Below the pieces are notes generated by a model. It was not told the origin of the DNA. It searched no databases and saw nothing but the letters and a program-made list of their open reading frames with translations. The translations under genes were made by a program, and so were the position numbers. Below, in pieces: positions 26,904 through 40,148 of a stretch of 64,000 nucleotides of DNA. This DNA comes from Antedon mediterranea. Lineage: Eukaryota > Animalia > Echinodermata. Where the stretch lies: NCBI RefSeq assembly GCF_964355755.1, contig NC_092676.1, positions 5,867,888 to 5,931,887 of the forward strand, given 5' to 3'. The stretch's first letter is position 1, and the number at the start of each line of letters is the position of its first letter.

Positions 26904-29900
26904 ATGATGGGAAATTCGCAGCTACTGTCCGCTGTTATTTTTAGCGTTACGTTCTTCGTGTTTGCATTCGCTAAGCCTAAGGTTGGACATAATTAAATGA
27001 TATTGCTTGCTTTAGGCGTGGTTACTTCATACTTACTTAAACTGTATTGTTTATAGTGTATTAGTGTATGTGCAATTAATGACCGTAAGTTTGTATTGTT
27101 TGTTTTGTTTATTCTATAGGGCTATGATGTTGAAACCCGTCAAAATGAAGACGGCGTAGTCATCATACCTGCTAACTGTGACCGACAACTGGAAAGCGAA
27201 ACAGGATGTATTACTTCTCCGAACTGGCCTAGAAAATCCGTCGACTTTAACGAATGCCAAATCCGAGTAAAGATACCAGACCCGAACAAACGTATTTTAT
27301 TAACATTCAATAACTTTACTCTAGAAGGAACAACATCTTGTGACCATGGAAATTACGTTGAGGTAAAGAAAAATACCGCAGATAAACACTTCTGCTGGAA
27401 ACCGATTATCCATGTTGGCGAGTCGGTTACCTACTCTAGCGTAGGTCTTGCTCTTTATACAACCAGATTAGCAAATCGGTTACAGAGTCAGTTAACTACC
27501 AATCTCTACTGCTATTGCATTGTATACTATCAATATTTAACCTCCAATTATAGCTCTAATTCCCCACTACTGATTCTGGTTTTTCAGATTCGTGACACGA
27601 AGACCAACCGACAAAATCGTTATTGCGGAACATCTTATCCTTTTACCTGGCTAACTGATTCTAATGAGTTGTCGGTCACCATGAATGCTCTCAGCAGTAA
27701 AGTCTTCAACCGATTCAATGCTACCTACATTACTTTAGAAAAGGCACCATCTAATGGTAAATATTGGCCCCTTAAATGTAATGAAACAACTATAATTTAA
27801 AATTTAATATAAAGATGATTTTATTTTCCGTCAAACGACATGCATGACACTAGCTTTAAGCTCACAAGGACACGACGAAATGACGTAACCTCCCAGCGTA
27901 TTGATGTACTACGATAAGCGGTGTCGGGACGACTAATATACAGGATAGAAATATATATGGCACCGGTTTATTTAACCAAAATCTTAGGCTCTATAAAATT
28001 AATTTATTCCACAGGTTGCAGTTTTGTACTTGTAAACGAGATTGGAAGATACAGTAGTTCCACGGAGGTTCACGTTAAAACTCCGTGGTCATGTGAAGCT
28101 GTTATACTAGCACACCCTAATGAACGAGTGTTGGTGTCATTCAAGGACCTTTATATTCCAAATTGTGACCACAAAATTGAGGTAGGAGTGTACTTTTGAA
28201 TTTCAGAAACGGCAGCCTTCTAAACAGACCGCTTCATTCACAACCCACAGCATAATAAGCATTTCGTTCCGTTATTTTGTAGATGCGAGATCTTCTGACT
28301 GGACGATCTAAAGCTGTCTGCGGAAAACATGCGTTTGTGTCTTGGACGTCTGATTCAAACCAGGTTGCAATTACATTTGACCGCTCAGATTCACGAACGT
28401 CTGTCCTCTTTGAGTACGAGTTTCTTCTTCGATCCAGAAACGAAAGTATGCACCAACAATATTTTCACCGCTATGGTTCATGAGAACCGTATTGAACTTT
28501 CAACATATCCATATATAATTTTATAATTATTTTTCTTCCAGGTTGCAGCCCATTGGTCGTTGGTCTTCCAGCGGATGGACTCCGCTTAACGTCTCCACTA
28601 TTTCCGCGTCCGTATCCTAGCAACCTGGATTGTCAAATCATCCTTCATACGGATTTTAATCAAGTTATCTCTTTAAATTTCTCTGAATTTACACTCGAAC
28701 CTGCAACGGAAACAAATAAGATTGACTCTTGTGTGAACGACTACTTACAGGTAAGTATTCTCCGTATAAATAACTCATTTTGATACGGATAGCCATATGA
28801 ATAACCTATTTTGATACGGCTACCCGTATGAATAACCTAGATTTGGGCTTAGCCCTAGCTGATGTACACCATGTCACGGACATCCTTTAATATTTTTTAT
28901 ATATTGTCTTGATTAGATCCGGGACATTGCTACTGAAAGAATCTCCAGACTCTGCGGCAGCTACCACAACTTTTCTTGGACGTCACACAGCAACGAGGTT
29001 GTCCTTACACTCAGAACCAATCATCTTCTGGATTACATCGGGTATAGCCTAATTGCGAAATCACTATTCAGACTTTCAAATCCAGGTAAGAAACATAATT
29101 TCAACAGTGTACACAAAGTAGTCGTAGTCTCCATCCATAATGACGTCAATGACCACATTTGGAATTCAATTTCTTTCAGATTGCGTAACAATTACTCAAA
29201 CTGCAGATAATGGATACGTTCTGACGTCATTAAACTACCCGGATGAATACTCAATGGACGCTTCTTGTACGGTGTTCTTTCAAGAATATCCGAACAGATA
29301 CATCATATTTGACTTTGAAGATTTCGATGTAGAAGATTCCGAGGACTGCACAAATGATTATCTGGAGGTAAGTTACATACTTACTTATTATAGGCAATTT
29401 CATAGGCTTATACCATTTCCTTTTTGTGAAAACATAAATACATAATAATAATAAATTACTTTGTTTATTCCAGTTAACAAGTTCAACATCGGGACCACTG
29501 TGTGCTAGACTTTGTGGAAAGAAAGAACCATTCTCTGTTACATCCGATTCTAATGAGGTTTCGATAACGTTTAAGACAAACTCCAAAATCCAAAAATCTG
29601 GTTTCAAAGCTTACTGTTCAATCGTCAACCGCCCGCCAAGAACTCTTGAAAACACTGGTAATTTTTTTATTTGAATTTAGTTCCAAATTTCGTCAGAGCT
29701 TGTAAAAAAAACGCGATTTGCCACCGATTATTATTATTTCAAACTTAGACTAATGTAGATGAATAATTATTTTCTTTGCAGAATGCAGCACTATCCTTCG
29801 TGAAAAATCGGGACGAATTCAGCTCCCGACAAATCCCGATTGGCCACCGATTCGAGGTTCGGATTGTCTAATCGTCATTCACGCAGAGCCAGACGAGAGG

Positions 29901-32900
29901 ATCCGACTAAATTTTATCGACTTTGTAGTCTCGGATTTGGATTCAGACCGGGACTTCGTGGAGGTAATTATGAAAGGCTAGGAAGGAAATCCGACCGTTA
30001 AGGCCTAGTGTTGATGTCTAGGCATATTTTCTACAAACAATGACATAATGTATATTCATATTTGTTTTTATTTACAGCTGTACGACATTTCGTTATCGGG
30101 TAAAACTAACAAGGCTACCTACTCTGGTCATTTGCATCCGTTTTCGTGGACGAGTTTCCGAAATGAGCTGGTGATATACGTACGTGATGAAAACGAAATA
30201 TCCTCTGTATCCTTCATTGCAGATTATGAAATTTTACCAAGATCCGAAGATGGTAATGTACATATTCATACATAATATAATGCTATGCAATACGTAAAGA
30301 TTCCATCCGCATCTCTTACATTAAGCTATTATAATGCTTAAATTGTGTTTACTTCAAATAGGTTGTGAACTACTGTTTACGAATCCAACTGGTATAATAT
30401 CTTGGCCATTTGATGGTGAAAGCAAAGCCGAACACTGTACCGTAATCATCCGAACGGATCCCGATAAACGAGTGCTCATAACGTTTAAAACCGTCAGAAT
30501 GGACATGGCTGACTGTTCCCAGCATTCTATGACCGTAAGTAGGCCTACAAACCACCCTTGACCTGACACGTATTGAATCGTACACATTTAGGTGTAACAA
30601 TAATTGCATTTTCTTCTTAGATTAAAGATACAACGACCAAACGCCAAAGCCAGTATTGTTCGACGCTTTGGGAATTCTCTTGGCTAAGCGATTCTGACGA
30701 AGTTGAAATGGAATTCACTCATCAACTCACTAACTTTGCACAAGTACAAGCTATGTACGGCGTCATTCCACGAACCAGAATCGCAGGTAGGCCTAGCTAA
30801 ATACACCTACACGAAGAAACATGAGTGTATTGAAACAACCTTCAAGATATCCCTAATAAACGTTTGTTTTACCTTCTCCTCTTAGCTTTCAACCAATTCT
30901 TGACTGCTCCCGAAGGCATCATATCCTCTCTTGAACACAATAGAGACGAGATAATTGGGAAGAACTGTACGATCTTCATTCAGGTTGAACCAGAGAACAG
31001 TGTGGTTGTAACTTTGACAGATTTTCTAATTGGTGACGAACAAGCTGAAAACACTGCAACAATAACGTGTACGGGCCAACAATTTCTAGAGGTAACATAT
31101 GACAAAGCTAGCCTATCCGTTTCCAATAGCGTTACCCTCGCTCAATGCTATTCTATTAAAATACTATTCTGTTTGTTTCTTTAGATAAAAGATCTTACGA
31201 CAGGCAGAACGAACGTCTACTGCGGAGAGTTTGATTTATTTACGTGGACGTCAGATTTCAACCTTGTTGCAATTACCTTCCATATCACAACTTATCCTAC
31301 CTACAACGTCTTCAGGGCAGTTTATAGGTCTCTACAGCAGATTGAAGGTACGTTGGATCCCAATAGCTACCAGAACTACAGCCGAAAACAATTCATTAAT
31401 TGAACCCTTTAATACGATGTTTATCAACTAATTTATTTTGATATATTTCAGGATGTGATAACCGTCTAACCGCACCTACCGGTATAATTGAGTCTCCACA
31501 ACCGTACAATCCGAACACAAACTGCCGTAACATCGTGCACTCCGAACCTGGAAACCTAGTCACATTAACCTTCACCAATTTCGAAATGCAGCCTTGCGAA
31601 ACTGATCACGTGAAATTGATTGATTTAGGAACTCTGCGTACAGAAGTCTTCTGTGGATCTTTTGACCTTTTCTCATGGACGTCTGATACCAATGAAGTAT
31701 CCGTTTACTTCGTTAGTGGTCCGAAATATATGCGAAACACTGGATTCAAAACCGAATATCGCCATGTTCAGCGACCATTAGTCAATGGTACGTTAAACAA
31801 ATCGGCAACATAATACTATTTATATTTATTTTATGCTCGGTGCTTCCTGGCATTTTCATTTTCTTTTTCTACAGAATGTTATCTTCGGAAACACGATACA
31901 ACGGAGCTTGTTACGTTACCAGACTTCACAATAAAAGACGTTGAGAATGCGGAATGTATTATATACGTCTACAATACTCCAGACAACAGAATTCAATTTA
32001 CCGTTGAAGAGTTTGACGAAGTATTCAATTGTTCAGACAGTGGTATTGAAGTAAGCCTATTATTATTATTGCTAGGGCCAAAGTCTTGGTTACCACTGAA
32101 CGCAACACATGAATGTAACCTTGTACGACGCGATGGATCATGTAGTTGCGTAACCCCACTAGTACTGCAATAATACTCTACAACTTGTATAATTTAATAT
32201 CTCTCTTTCTACAGCTAACTGACGTAGCGACCGAAAGGACCAACACTTACTGTACCATTTCTCACTCCTTTTCATGGACAGCAGATACAAATGAAATAAA
32301 AATCCGTGTATTCGCCAAAAAAGACAAATTACCTCGCATGATTGCCAAATGGAAATCTGTCGCAAGAATCGGAGAACCAGGTAGGCATAACTGGATCTAG
32401 AAAACATTTAATGGAACTCAAAAGGGTGCAAAATCGGTAATCTTTCCATTTTTTTTTCTAATTTTTATTTTATTTATTTTTTAGTTATTTCTCTTGAGGA
32501 TTCTGGACACATTAAGCTCACATCGACATTCCCAACCTACCAATATCTTATTCATGTTGAACCAAATTACCGATTGATTATCAACTATATGCACGAACAC
32601 GATGCCATACAGCATTGCAACATAGACAGCATCAAGGTAATATAGTTATTTCAACACTTTACTACGTCGCATGAAACTGATCTCTTCTGTGATACTGTGT
32701 GTGTGTGCTTTCAAATGAGATCGCTCTTTTTTTTATCCACAGATCACCGATTCAACCACACTCCGTTTCTTCCAAGACTGCACGTTCTTTGATGGCATCA
32801 TGTCATGGGTTTCAGACAGTAACGAGGTCATCATTGACGCCAAACAAATTGCTGGACATGACACGGTCTTATACTACACTCGAGTTCTGAAAGCGCCCCC

Positions 32901-35900
32901 GTCTGGTAAGCATTTTTTTTACTGAATATATGCTTAGGAACTCTTGCTACTACCGTAACAATTTGATTTCTTACATTTTCTTTTTTTACCCAGAATGCAA
33001 CAAGGTCATCACATCCGATACGAACTTGGAAACAAATTCTGGATTGGAAACTGCGAACTATCCAGGAATGTATCCCAATGAACTTGTATGCGATATGATT
33101 ATGCAGACGACGTCCGATAACCGTATTCAGGTTGTTTTCAAGGAATTCTGGTTGGAGATACCAAACCATATGGGATGTCACAACGACTATTTAAATGCAA
33201 GTACAAATTGTTTTAATCGGCACAGGTTCAGTAATTTCCCAAATTTATGGTCGAAATGATATTATTTCTTAAATTTCTTATAATTTCTCATTCCATTTTA
33301 GGTTTCGGACACGTCTGTTGGATTTCATTACGATCATTCTGAACGAATCTGTGGCCGGCTTGAACCTATATCTTGGACGTCGGAAGGCAACTCCTTGCTC
33401 CTACGACTTCAGACAGACAAAACAATTGCTCGCACTGGCTACATTGCGACATACACAATCTTGAAACGACCACAACCAGCTCCACGTACGTAAACATTAC
33501 TCTTTGCAATATTCTTTCTTTTGAAATCTATATATTGTACTGTTATTTAGTTATTTTCTCTTTCAGATTGTAATAAAACATACCTAGGCCCAAATGGAGT
33601 TATTTCATCGCCGAATTTTGCTGTAGGGTTACCTCAGTATTCCAACGACTTGCTCTGTTATTACTTTATAAAAGGCAATGTTTTGGAACGAATACTGGTA
33701 CACTTTGTTATATTTGATGTTGAACTACAAACGCCTTGCCAACCAGATTACGTACAGGTAAATATCGATTTTTTATCCGCCTGAACTGATATTAGGCCTA
33801 GCGCCCGAGCAGATTATAATACTTTGCTTCTTTTTAGATCGAAGATGTGGCAACGAGAAAAACCAATATCATATGTGGTGAACACCCTAATTACATATGG
33901 GAATCGGAAAGCAACGAAGTCAACATAACGTTTATTACAGACGGCAGCCGTACGTTCCGTGGATTTAACGCAACGTATACAATGGAGCACAAACAAGGCA
34001 TATCATGTAAGCTTTTAACCACTTCGTTGCCAAAATGGTGTTTGGAAAACGCTGCCGTACTTTTATCGTGGCTATAGTAATACTTTTAGGTTGCATAACG
34101 GTACTTTTCTATATTTCAGATTGTGATGAAACTCTTACGGACACCACCGGGACATTCCATTCACCAGACTTTCCCGCCAAATACCCAAATGACTTGAACT
34201 GTGTTTACACGATAATCGCCGATCCGGGCCATTTCATTGAAGTGATTTTCGAATTCTTTCAACTGGAAACCAGTCCACACTGTACAAATGACTACGTTTC
34301 GCTCTCCAATGTTGGCGAAGGAACCAGTCAGCGTTACTGCGACAAACATAACCTTCTGAAGTGGAACTCTACGACCAACAGTGCAACTGTTACGCTGCAT
34401 TCTGATCACGTGATAACGGACAACGGTTTTAAAGCTACATACAAGATCCATCAAGTTTTCCAACCTGGTAATTTCACTCCTTTTACTTCTGATTTTTTTA
34501 ACCACAGTATACATTATTCTTATGAATGAATAAGCTTTTATGTTATATATTTATGTTTTACAGAAACCTGTTCACCTATACATCTAACAACTTCTAGCGG
34601 CATGTTCCAAAGTCCAAATTACCCATCAAACTATGAAAATAATTTGGAATGTACATACAGAATAACAGTGAATCCATCCAGAGTTATACGAATTGAATTT
34701 ATCGAATTTGAGATTGAAGAGCCACAATCCGGATTTTGTGCAGATTACCTGCAGGTAAATACATCACACACTTAGTCTATAAAATAATGAACATAGGCCT
34801 GACTCGACTCTTCAACTCGGCAAAGTCGGCCGTAAATGGTTGACCATCTTTAGGCCCCATCGTCCATGGTCCCGATTATCTGTACCTTACCAATAACCTT
34901 CAACTAATTTTTAGATACCCTACGCAACTCAAAATCTGAAGCTATGCGGAAATTTGGAAAAGAATGTCTACATCACGGACAGCAATGATGTTCTGCTTAC
35001 ACTAATAACGGACGGTAGTAACACACTCAAAGGATTCAAGGCAATGTACACATCTGTGACAATGAGTGACACCCCAGTCACAGGTAAACAATTCCTTCTT
35101 TCATCATATTTTCAGTCCGATTCGGACCATACTAGTCATCTTGTCTTCATACTTATTCCGTCCACTTCGAACCACATACCATGCATCGGCTGAGATCAAC
35201 CATATGCCCTACATTTCACTTACACTTTCCTAAACAATCTTAAGCCTACATTGTAATACGGGTATTTTTATTTCTAGTTGCGCCAACACAGTTACCGTTC
35301 TGTAGTGTGGAAGCTAGCCGATTGACGGGCAGCTACGACATCATACACAGCTTAAACTTCCCAGCCTACTACCCAAATAATGTAAAATGCAGAACTATCA
35401 TCGAGACCAAGAAAAACACCCGTATTATCATTACAATTCGGTTTATGGATATCGAGAACTACAAACTTTGTGATTGGGATTACTTACAGGTAAGCCTGCG
35501 TACTAATTGTTCTAGATTCAGGGCCTACTGTCTACCGTTACCGTGCAGGATTTACGCGTTGTTTCAGTTTTGCCCCAACAGAAAGATGTTAATAATATAG
35601 AGGTCACCGCAGAGGTTACTAATCTACCATCGTTGTTCTGCTAACAATTACTTGTCTGTATATTTATTTGATCTATTTTTTTCCCCAGATATTTGATGAC
35701 GTTTCCGGTCGTAGCACGGAGAAGCTTTGTGGTTCACTCGATGCTCCTTTCGTCTGGGAATCCGACGGCAATCTAGTGACGATGATATTCAAGAGTGATG
35801 ACATTCTGGCCAGAACTGGCTATTACGGCACCTACCAGTCGGTAGAAATCGTGGCACCTACTCCGTTTAAAAAGCCAGGTTCAAAACCAAAGCCTGACAA

Positions 35901-35928
35901 AAACTCGTATATAGGTTTCGGCAGATAA
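26904..35928 (+). CDS. Secreted 15-CUB-domain protein, paralog B copy 1 (29 exons, ~1844 aa)
   Basis: Exons: 26904-26981 (signal peptide MMGNSQLLSAVIFSVTFFVFAFAKPK), 27120-27362, 27588-27756, 28015-28181, 28283-28445, 28542-28750, 28917-29085, 29180-29367, 29474-29657, 29782-29963, 30078-30252, 30362-30534, 30621-30786, 30886-31091, 31185-31347, 31452-31787, 31875-32050, 32215-32380, 32485-32636, 32743-32905, 32994-33196 (GC donor), 33302-33485, 33567-33757, 33838-34006, 34120-34467, 34564-34754, 34915-35083, 35278-35489, 35689-35928. Total 5535 nt, open throughout, colinear domain by domain with gene A. Confidence 0.92.
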
Positions 35929-35959
35929 GTTGTTGTAGTACACCACTGAGGCAAATAAT

Positions 35960-35965
35960 AATAAA
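35960..35965 (+). terminator. Candidate polyadenylation signal of B1 (also present after B2)
   Basis: AATAAA 32 bp after the stop codon. Confidence 0.4.
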
Positions 35966-36219
35966 AAATTATTTAATGAATTGAATAGTTTGGTATGTCT
36001 TTTTTTTCACAATTCTCGATTTGGTTGGATTCCCAATTTGACGCAACGCAAGTTATTGACCACATTCTTACATCTATCGCAAATATTAGTTTTAGACAAT
36101 TTCCAAATATGTAATCTTTTAGTACAAACAAGTATGCGATGTAAAAGTTTAAAATCAAATTGCGCAACTTTTACCATATGTTTTTCATATTTTGTCCCAT
36201 ACCATAGTCTTATTTAAAA

Positions 36220-36440
36220 ACTCCGATTTTACTTGGGAGAATGGCACGGTCTTTAATTCAATTATCAACTTTCTCTATTCTTGGTTGTGCCAATACTTCC
36301 TTCCATTCAACAGGAATAGCATTTATGAGCTTGAAGTATTCTATTATCCTATCATGCTTTACTAATAACGTGGGAATTAAATCTAAGACTTACAATTGTG
36401 TTATTGACCAAAATGTCATCAATTGTTTTATAGCCAAGCC
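36220..36440 (-). mobile_element. L1/Tx1-like ORF2 fragment (copy at ~54880-55095)
   Basis: Minus strand reads EYFKLINAIPVEWKEVLAQPRIEK, resembling the Y..L..AIP..WK motif of Tx1/L1 ORF2. Confidence 0.45.
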
Positions 36441-36479
36441 AGACTTTCTTTCTTTCTTTCTTTCTTTATTTACCCATAA

Positions 36480-37050
36480 ATATAAAGTATAAACATTGTA
36501 ATAATATACAAATAATAATAATTATATCAAGGGAAGGGCTAAAAAATAGTTCTAATCAAGTTCAGCCCCTAAACATTGAAGTATAAATAGTTATATAAAT
36601 AAATTAGGGCTACTTGTCTAAAATAAAATTAATATACATAAACATTTTTTTTTTTTTTAATACACTTTCTCTCAATATATACAATATAATTCTCTTATAA
36701 AATAAATAAATATCACTATACAAACAAATAGTATGTTTTCATTTCTTTTTTGAATTTGCTTTTTGTTAGAAACCTTAAATCCTCCGGGATTTCATTCCAG
36801 AGCTTTGCACCAGAATACTTGATGGAATGTTGTCCTATGTTTGTTCTATATTTTGGTACATACAACTTTTCTCTAGTCTGAGACCTTGATGAATAACGAA
36901 AATTAATATACAAAAAATATTTAGGAGTTGTATCTGGAAATTTACCATGTAAACTATCATGAACAAATAAAGTAATTAAATACTGATGCTGCTGATAAAT
37001 ATTTAAAATTTTAAGTTCTTTGAATAATAATGATGTTGGTGCTAGTCTAA
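36480..37050 (-). mobile_element. 5'-truncated CR1/L2-type LINE 3' end (copy at ~55135-55690)
   Basis: LFKELKILNIYQ...YVPKYRTNIGQHSIKYSGAKLWNEIP. Confidence 0.75.
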
Positions 37051-37439
37051 GAAATCAGAAGAGTTTACAATATCATTTACATAAATAATGTAAATAAATG
37101 TATACGTTTATTTTCCCACAAGGTTTCGGATTTAATTTCCTGTACATTTTGAGGATTGATTATAAAATGGTTTTAAAGGGTGCATGTATAAAGTAAAGGT
37201 TGCATTACACAAGGAATTTCTGAAAAGAGGTAAGTAGGCCTATAAAGTCCAGTACGGTACTATACAACTGGGAATGGAATAGTACTATACATTTAAATAT
37301 TACAGAAGACTAACAAGTAAATTGAACAACTTATATTTTGGTTTGATTTATGTCATTTATTTATAAATACAAATATGTAAAATACAAAATAAACGTTTAA
37401 AGAGAACCTAACTGGAAGATATATCTTTGTCTGGCGTTG

Positions 37440-40072
37440 GTTCCTAGAAAGAAAAAAAGACACAATACCAAACACAAGACAAACAAAAACAGTGTTCTTC
37501 ACTTAATGTATGTTCCCATAATGAACATGACGATTTTGTGCGTATCACTACCATATTTGGGCATAATTACAATACAACTGAAAACCGGGATCCTGCATAA
37601 AAAAGCTGTAGCTTCGTTTTTTTTTGTAGGACTCTTTTACATAAGAACAAGTATATAGAACTAAAATAAAACAAAGGTGTTGTTAATCAGCATATAGTGA
37701 TAACAAGTATTTTTTGACCTGTTTTTTTATACATTTATTTTGTTTCTTTAAAATAACCGGTTTATTACCACGCTTACAAGCGAATTCTTTCCACAATTTT
37801 GGTCCATATATGTGTATAAACTGTTGACTGCAAGTTAGTCTAGTGAAGGGAATTTCGAATTCAGTTTCTGTTCTGAGGTTATGAGTAGGCCTAATACTGT
37901 CACAGTAATTAAAACTATTTAAAATGTGATGTGGTAATTCATTGAATTTTACGTTTGCCATAAATCCTATGACGTTTACTTTGTAAATATTATAAACGTT
38001 TAATATTTTTAGTTTCTTAAACAGTGGCTGTGAGGCTTGTCTGGGTTTAGAGATGGTGATGCATTTTACAACTCTCTTTTTGAGTTTTAGTATTGCTTCT
38101 AACGTGCTCTTGTATGTATTTCCCCATATTAAGTTACCATACTGAAGATGAGGTAATACTAAGGTGTTATAAAGACTAATACGGACTTTATGAGGAAAGA
38201 ATTCTCTTACTTTTAAAAGTATACCAGTTTCCCTAGACATTTTTTCCCAATAAACTGTATGTAATGTTTCCAGTTAAGATTTTCGTTTAAAATTACATTT
38301 AGAAATGTCACATTTTCTTTTCTATGTTATAATACATTATTCATTTTTATTTCAAACTGGTTTTTGTCAAAGTACTTTTGGTTAGTTCTAAAAACAACGT
38401 AATTAGTTTTGCTGACATTCAGTAACAGCTTATTTGCTTTAAGCCATACGTTTATTTTTTCTAGTTCAATATTCATAGTATGGTTTAACATTGTAGGGTC
38501 ATCTCCCCTTGTTATACAAGTTGTGCCGTCGGCAAAACTAATTATATCTATTTTACTACTTGCTCGACTTATATCATTGATGTAAATCAAAAACAAAAGT
38601 GGTCCTAAAACAGCCCTGTGGCACCCCTATATTGGTGTCTTTTCAACATGATGATCTACCATTGGCATAAACATATTGTTTGCGGCCACTTAAATAGTTT
38701 CTAACCCACATTAATACGATGCCTCTTATACCATAATGCGCCAATTTGCTCAACAGAATACTGTGATCGATAATGTCAAACGCTTTTGACAAATCCATAA
38801 AGGTAGTAAGTGCATATTCCTTTTTTTCAAATGCATTTAATATTCTATGGACCAAGTCGATCATAGCAGGGGAAGTTGAGTGTTTATTTCTAAATCCATA
38901 TTGATTGTTGCTTAACACTTTAAATTTTGTAAGATAATTGTATAATTGATTATGGATAATCTTTTCAAAGACTTTCGAAAAAATGAGCAACAGCGATATG
39001 GGACGATAGTTTGAGGCCAAATGGCGGTCCCCTTTTTTATGTATAGGAACTACTTTGGAAATTTTTAACTTCCCTGGTATCAGTCCAGTTTGAAGTGAAA
39101 AATTAAAAATATATGTCAGCGGCTTTAAAATATTGTATTTTACTTCCTTTACAACTTTTGCTGAAATGTCATCAAATCTGGGGGCTTTGTTTGAATCGAG
39201 AGATTCAATAACTTTTAGTACATCCTTCTCATCAACATAGTAAAAAAACATTGAGTTGCGTTGTTTGTTTGTGAGGTATTCAGAATATTTTGTCGTAGTA
39301 GACTCAATATTGTCTCGAACCTTACAACCTACATTAATAAAATAATCATTAATGTGATTTACAACATTTTCGCAGCCATGTATAGTTTCATTGTTATGTG
39401 TAGAAGAAGACGGAACTTTAGTTTTTCCTTTATTCGGATCAATTACATCATTTATAACATTCCATGTTTTTTTAATATTACCATTTGTTCGGTTGAAAAA
39501 ATTTTCATAATACATCTTTTTGGCGATTTTGTACGTGCGTGCAAAAGCTTTTTTAAATTCTTTATACGCATTTTGACAGTAGGGTGTTTTATGAACCTTT
39601 TAAACAGTACATGATTTATTTACTAGACCTTAGTAACCCAGAACTCATCCAGGGCTGTTTGAATTTGTCGTACTGTTTTGATGACTTTACCGTTTTTTTA
39701 AGGTGTTTGTTATATAGAAACTTAAAATTATCCAGAAAATCATTATAAGCGATTTCTGGATCAGTCGCTTCATATACTCCAAGCCACTCTGCACTTAACA
39801 AATCATTATTTAGTTCCATAATATTTCTATTGTTAACTATATACGTGTCACATGAGACTGAGGTGCCTTTATTCATGTGCAGAGTGAGTTATTTGATATA
39901 CTGGTAAATGGTCGGAAATGTCCGAGATTAGTATACCAGATAGAACTTTTTCGGAAATTGTATTTGAAAATATGTTGTCAATTAGTGTTACTGACTGATC
40001 TTGTATTCTAGTTGGTCTAGATATAGATGGATAAAACGAGTGCGACATCATTATTTCAATAAAATCATTTAC
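37440..40072 (-). mobile_element. Degenerate CR1/L2-clade LINE: endonuclease C-terminus plus reverse transcriptase
   Basis: PTRI..TLIDNIF..ISDHLP (endonuclease); NYRPISLL, QYGFR, DLSKAFD, and FADGT in place of FADDT (RT). Several stops and frameshifts. Confidence 0.92.
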
Positions 40073-40148
40073 ATCACTTAATGTGTGTAATAGTGTAGAC
40101 AGGGCTTAAGAGAGTATACTGATCATAAATAGTATTGGGTGATACTAC

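Noticed and set aside
26895-26906. cccag directly before the B ATG as a cis- or trans-splice acceptor
   Set aside because: Weak pyrimidine tract, and promoter-like motifs lie just upstream; needs 5' RACE.
29251-34514. Minus-strand ORFs overlapping CUB exons
   Set aside because: Antisense shadows of coding exons with no recognisable motifs.
37683-40072. Active or domesticated reverse transcriptase linked to the array
   Set aside because: The catalytic motif is mutated (FADGT), the ORF has several frameshifts and a 5' truncation, and it is further deleted in unit 2.
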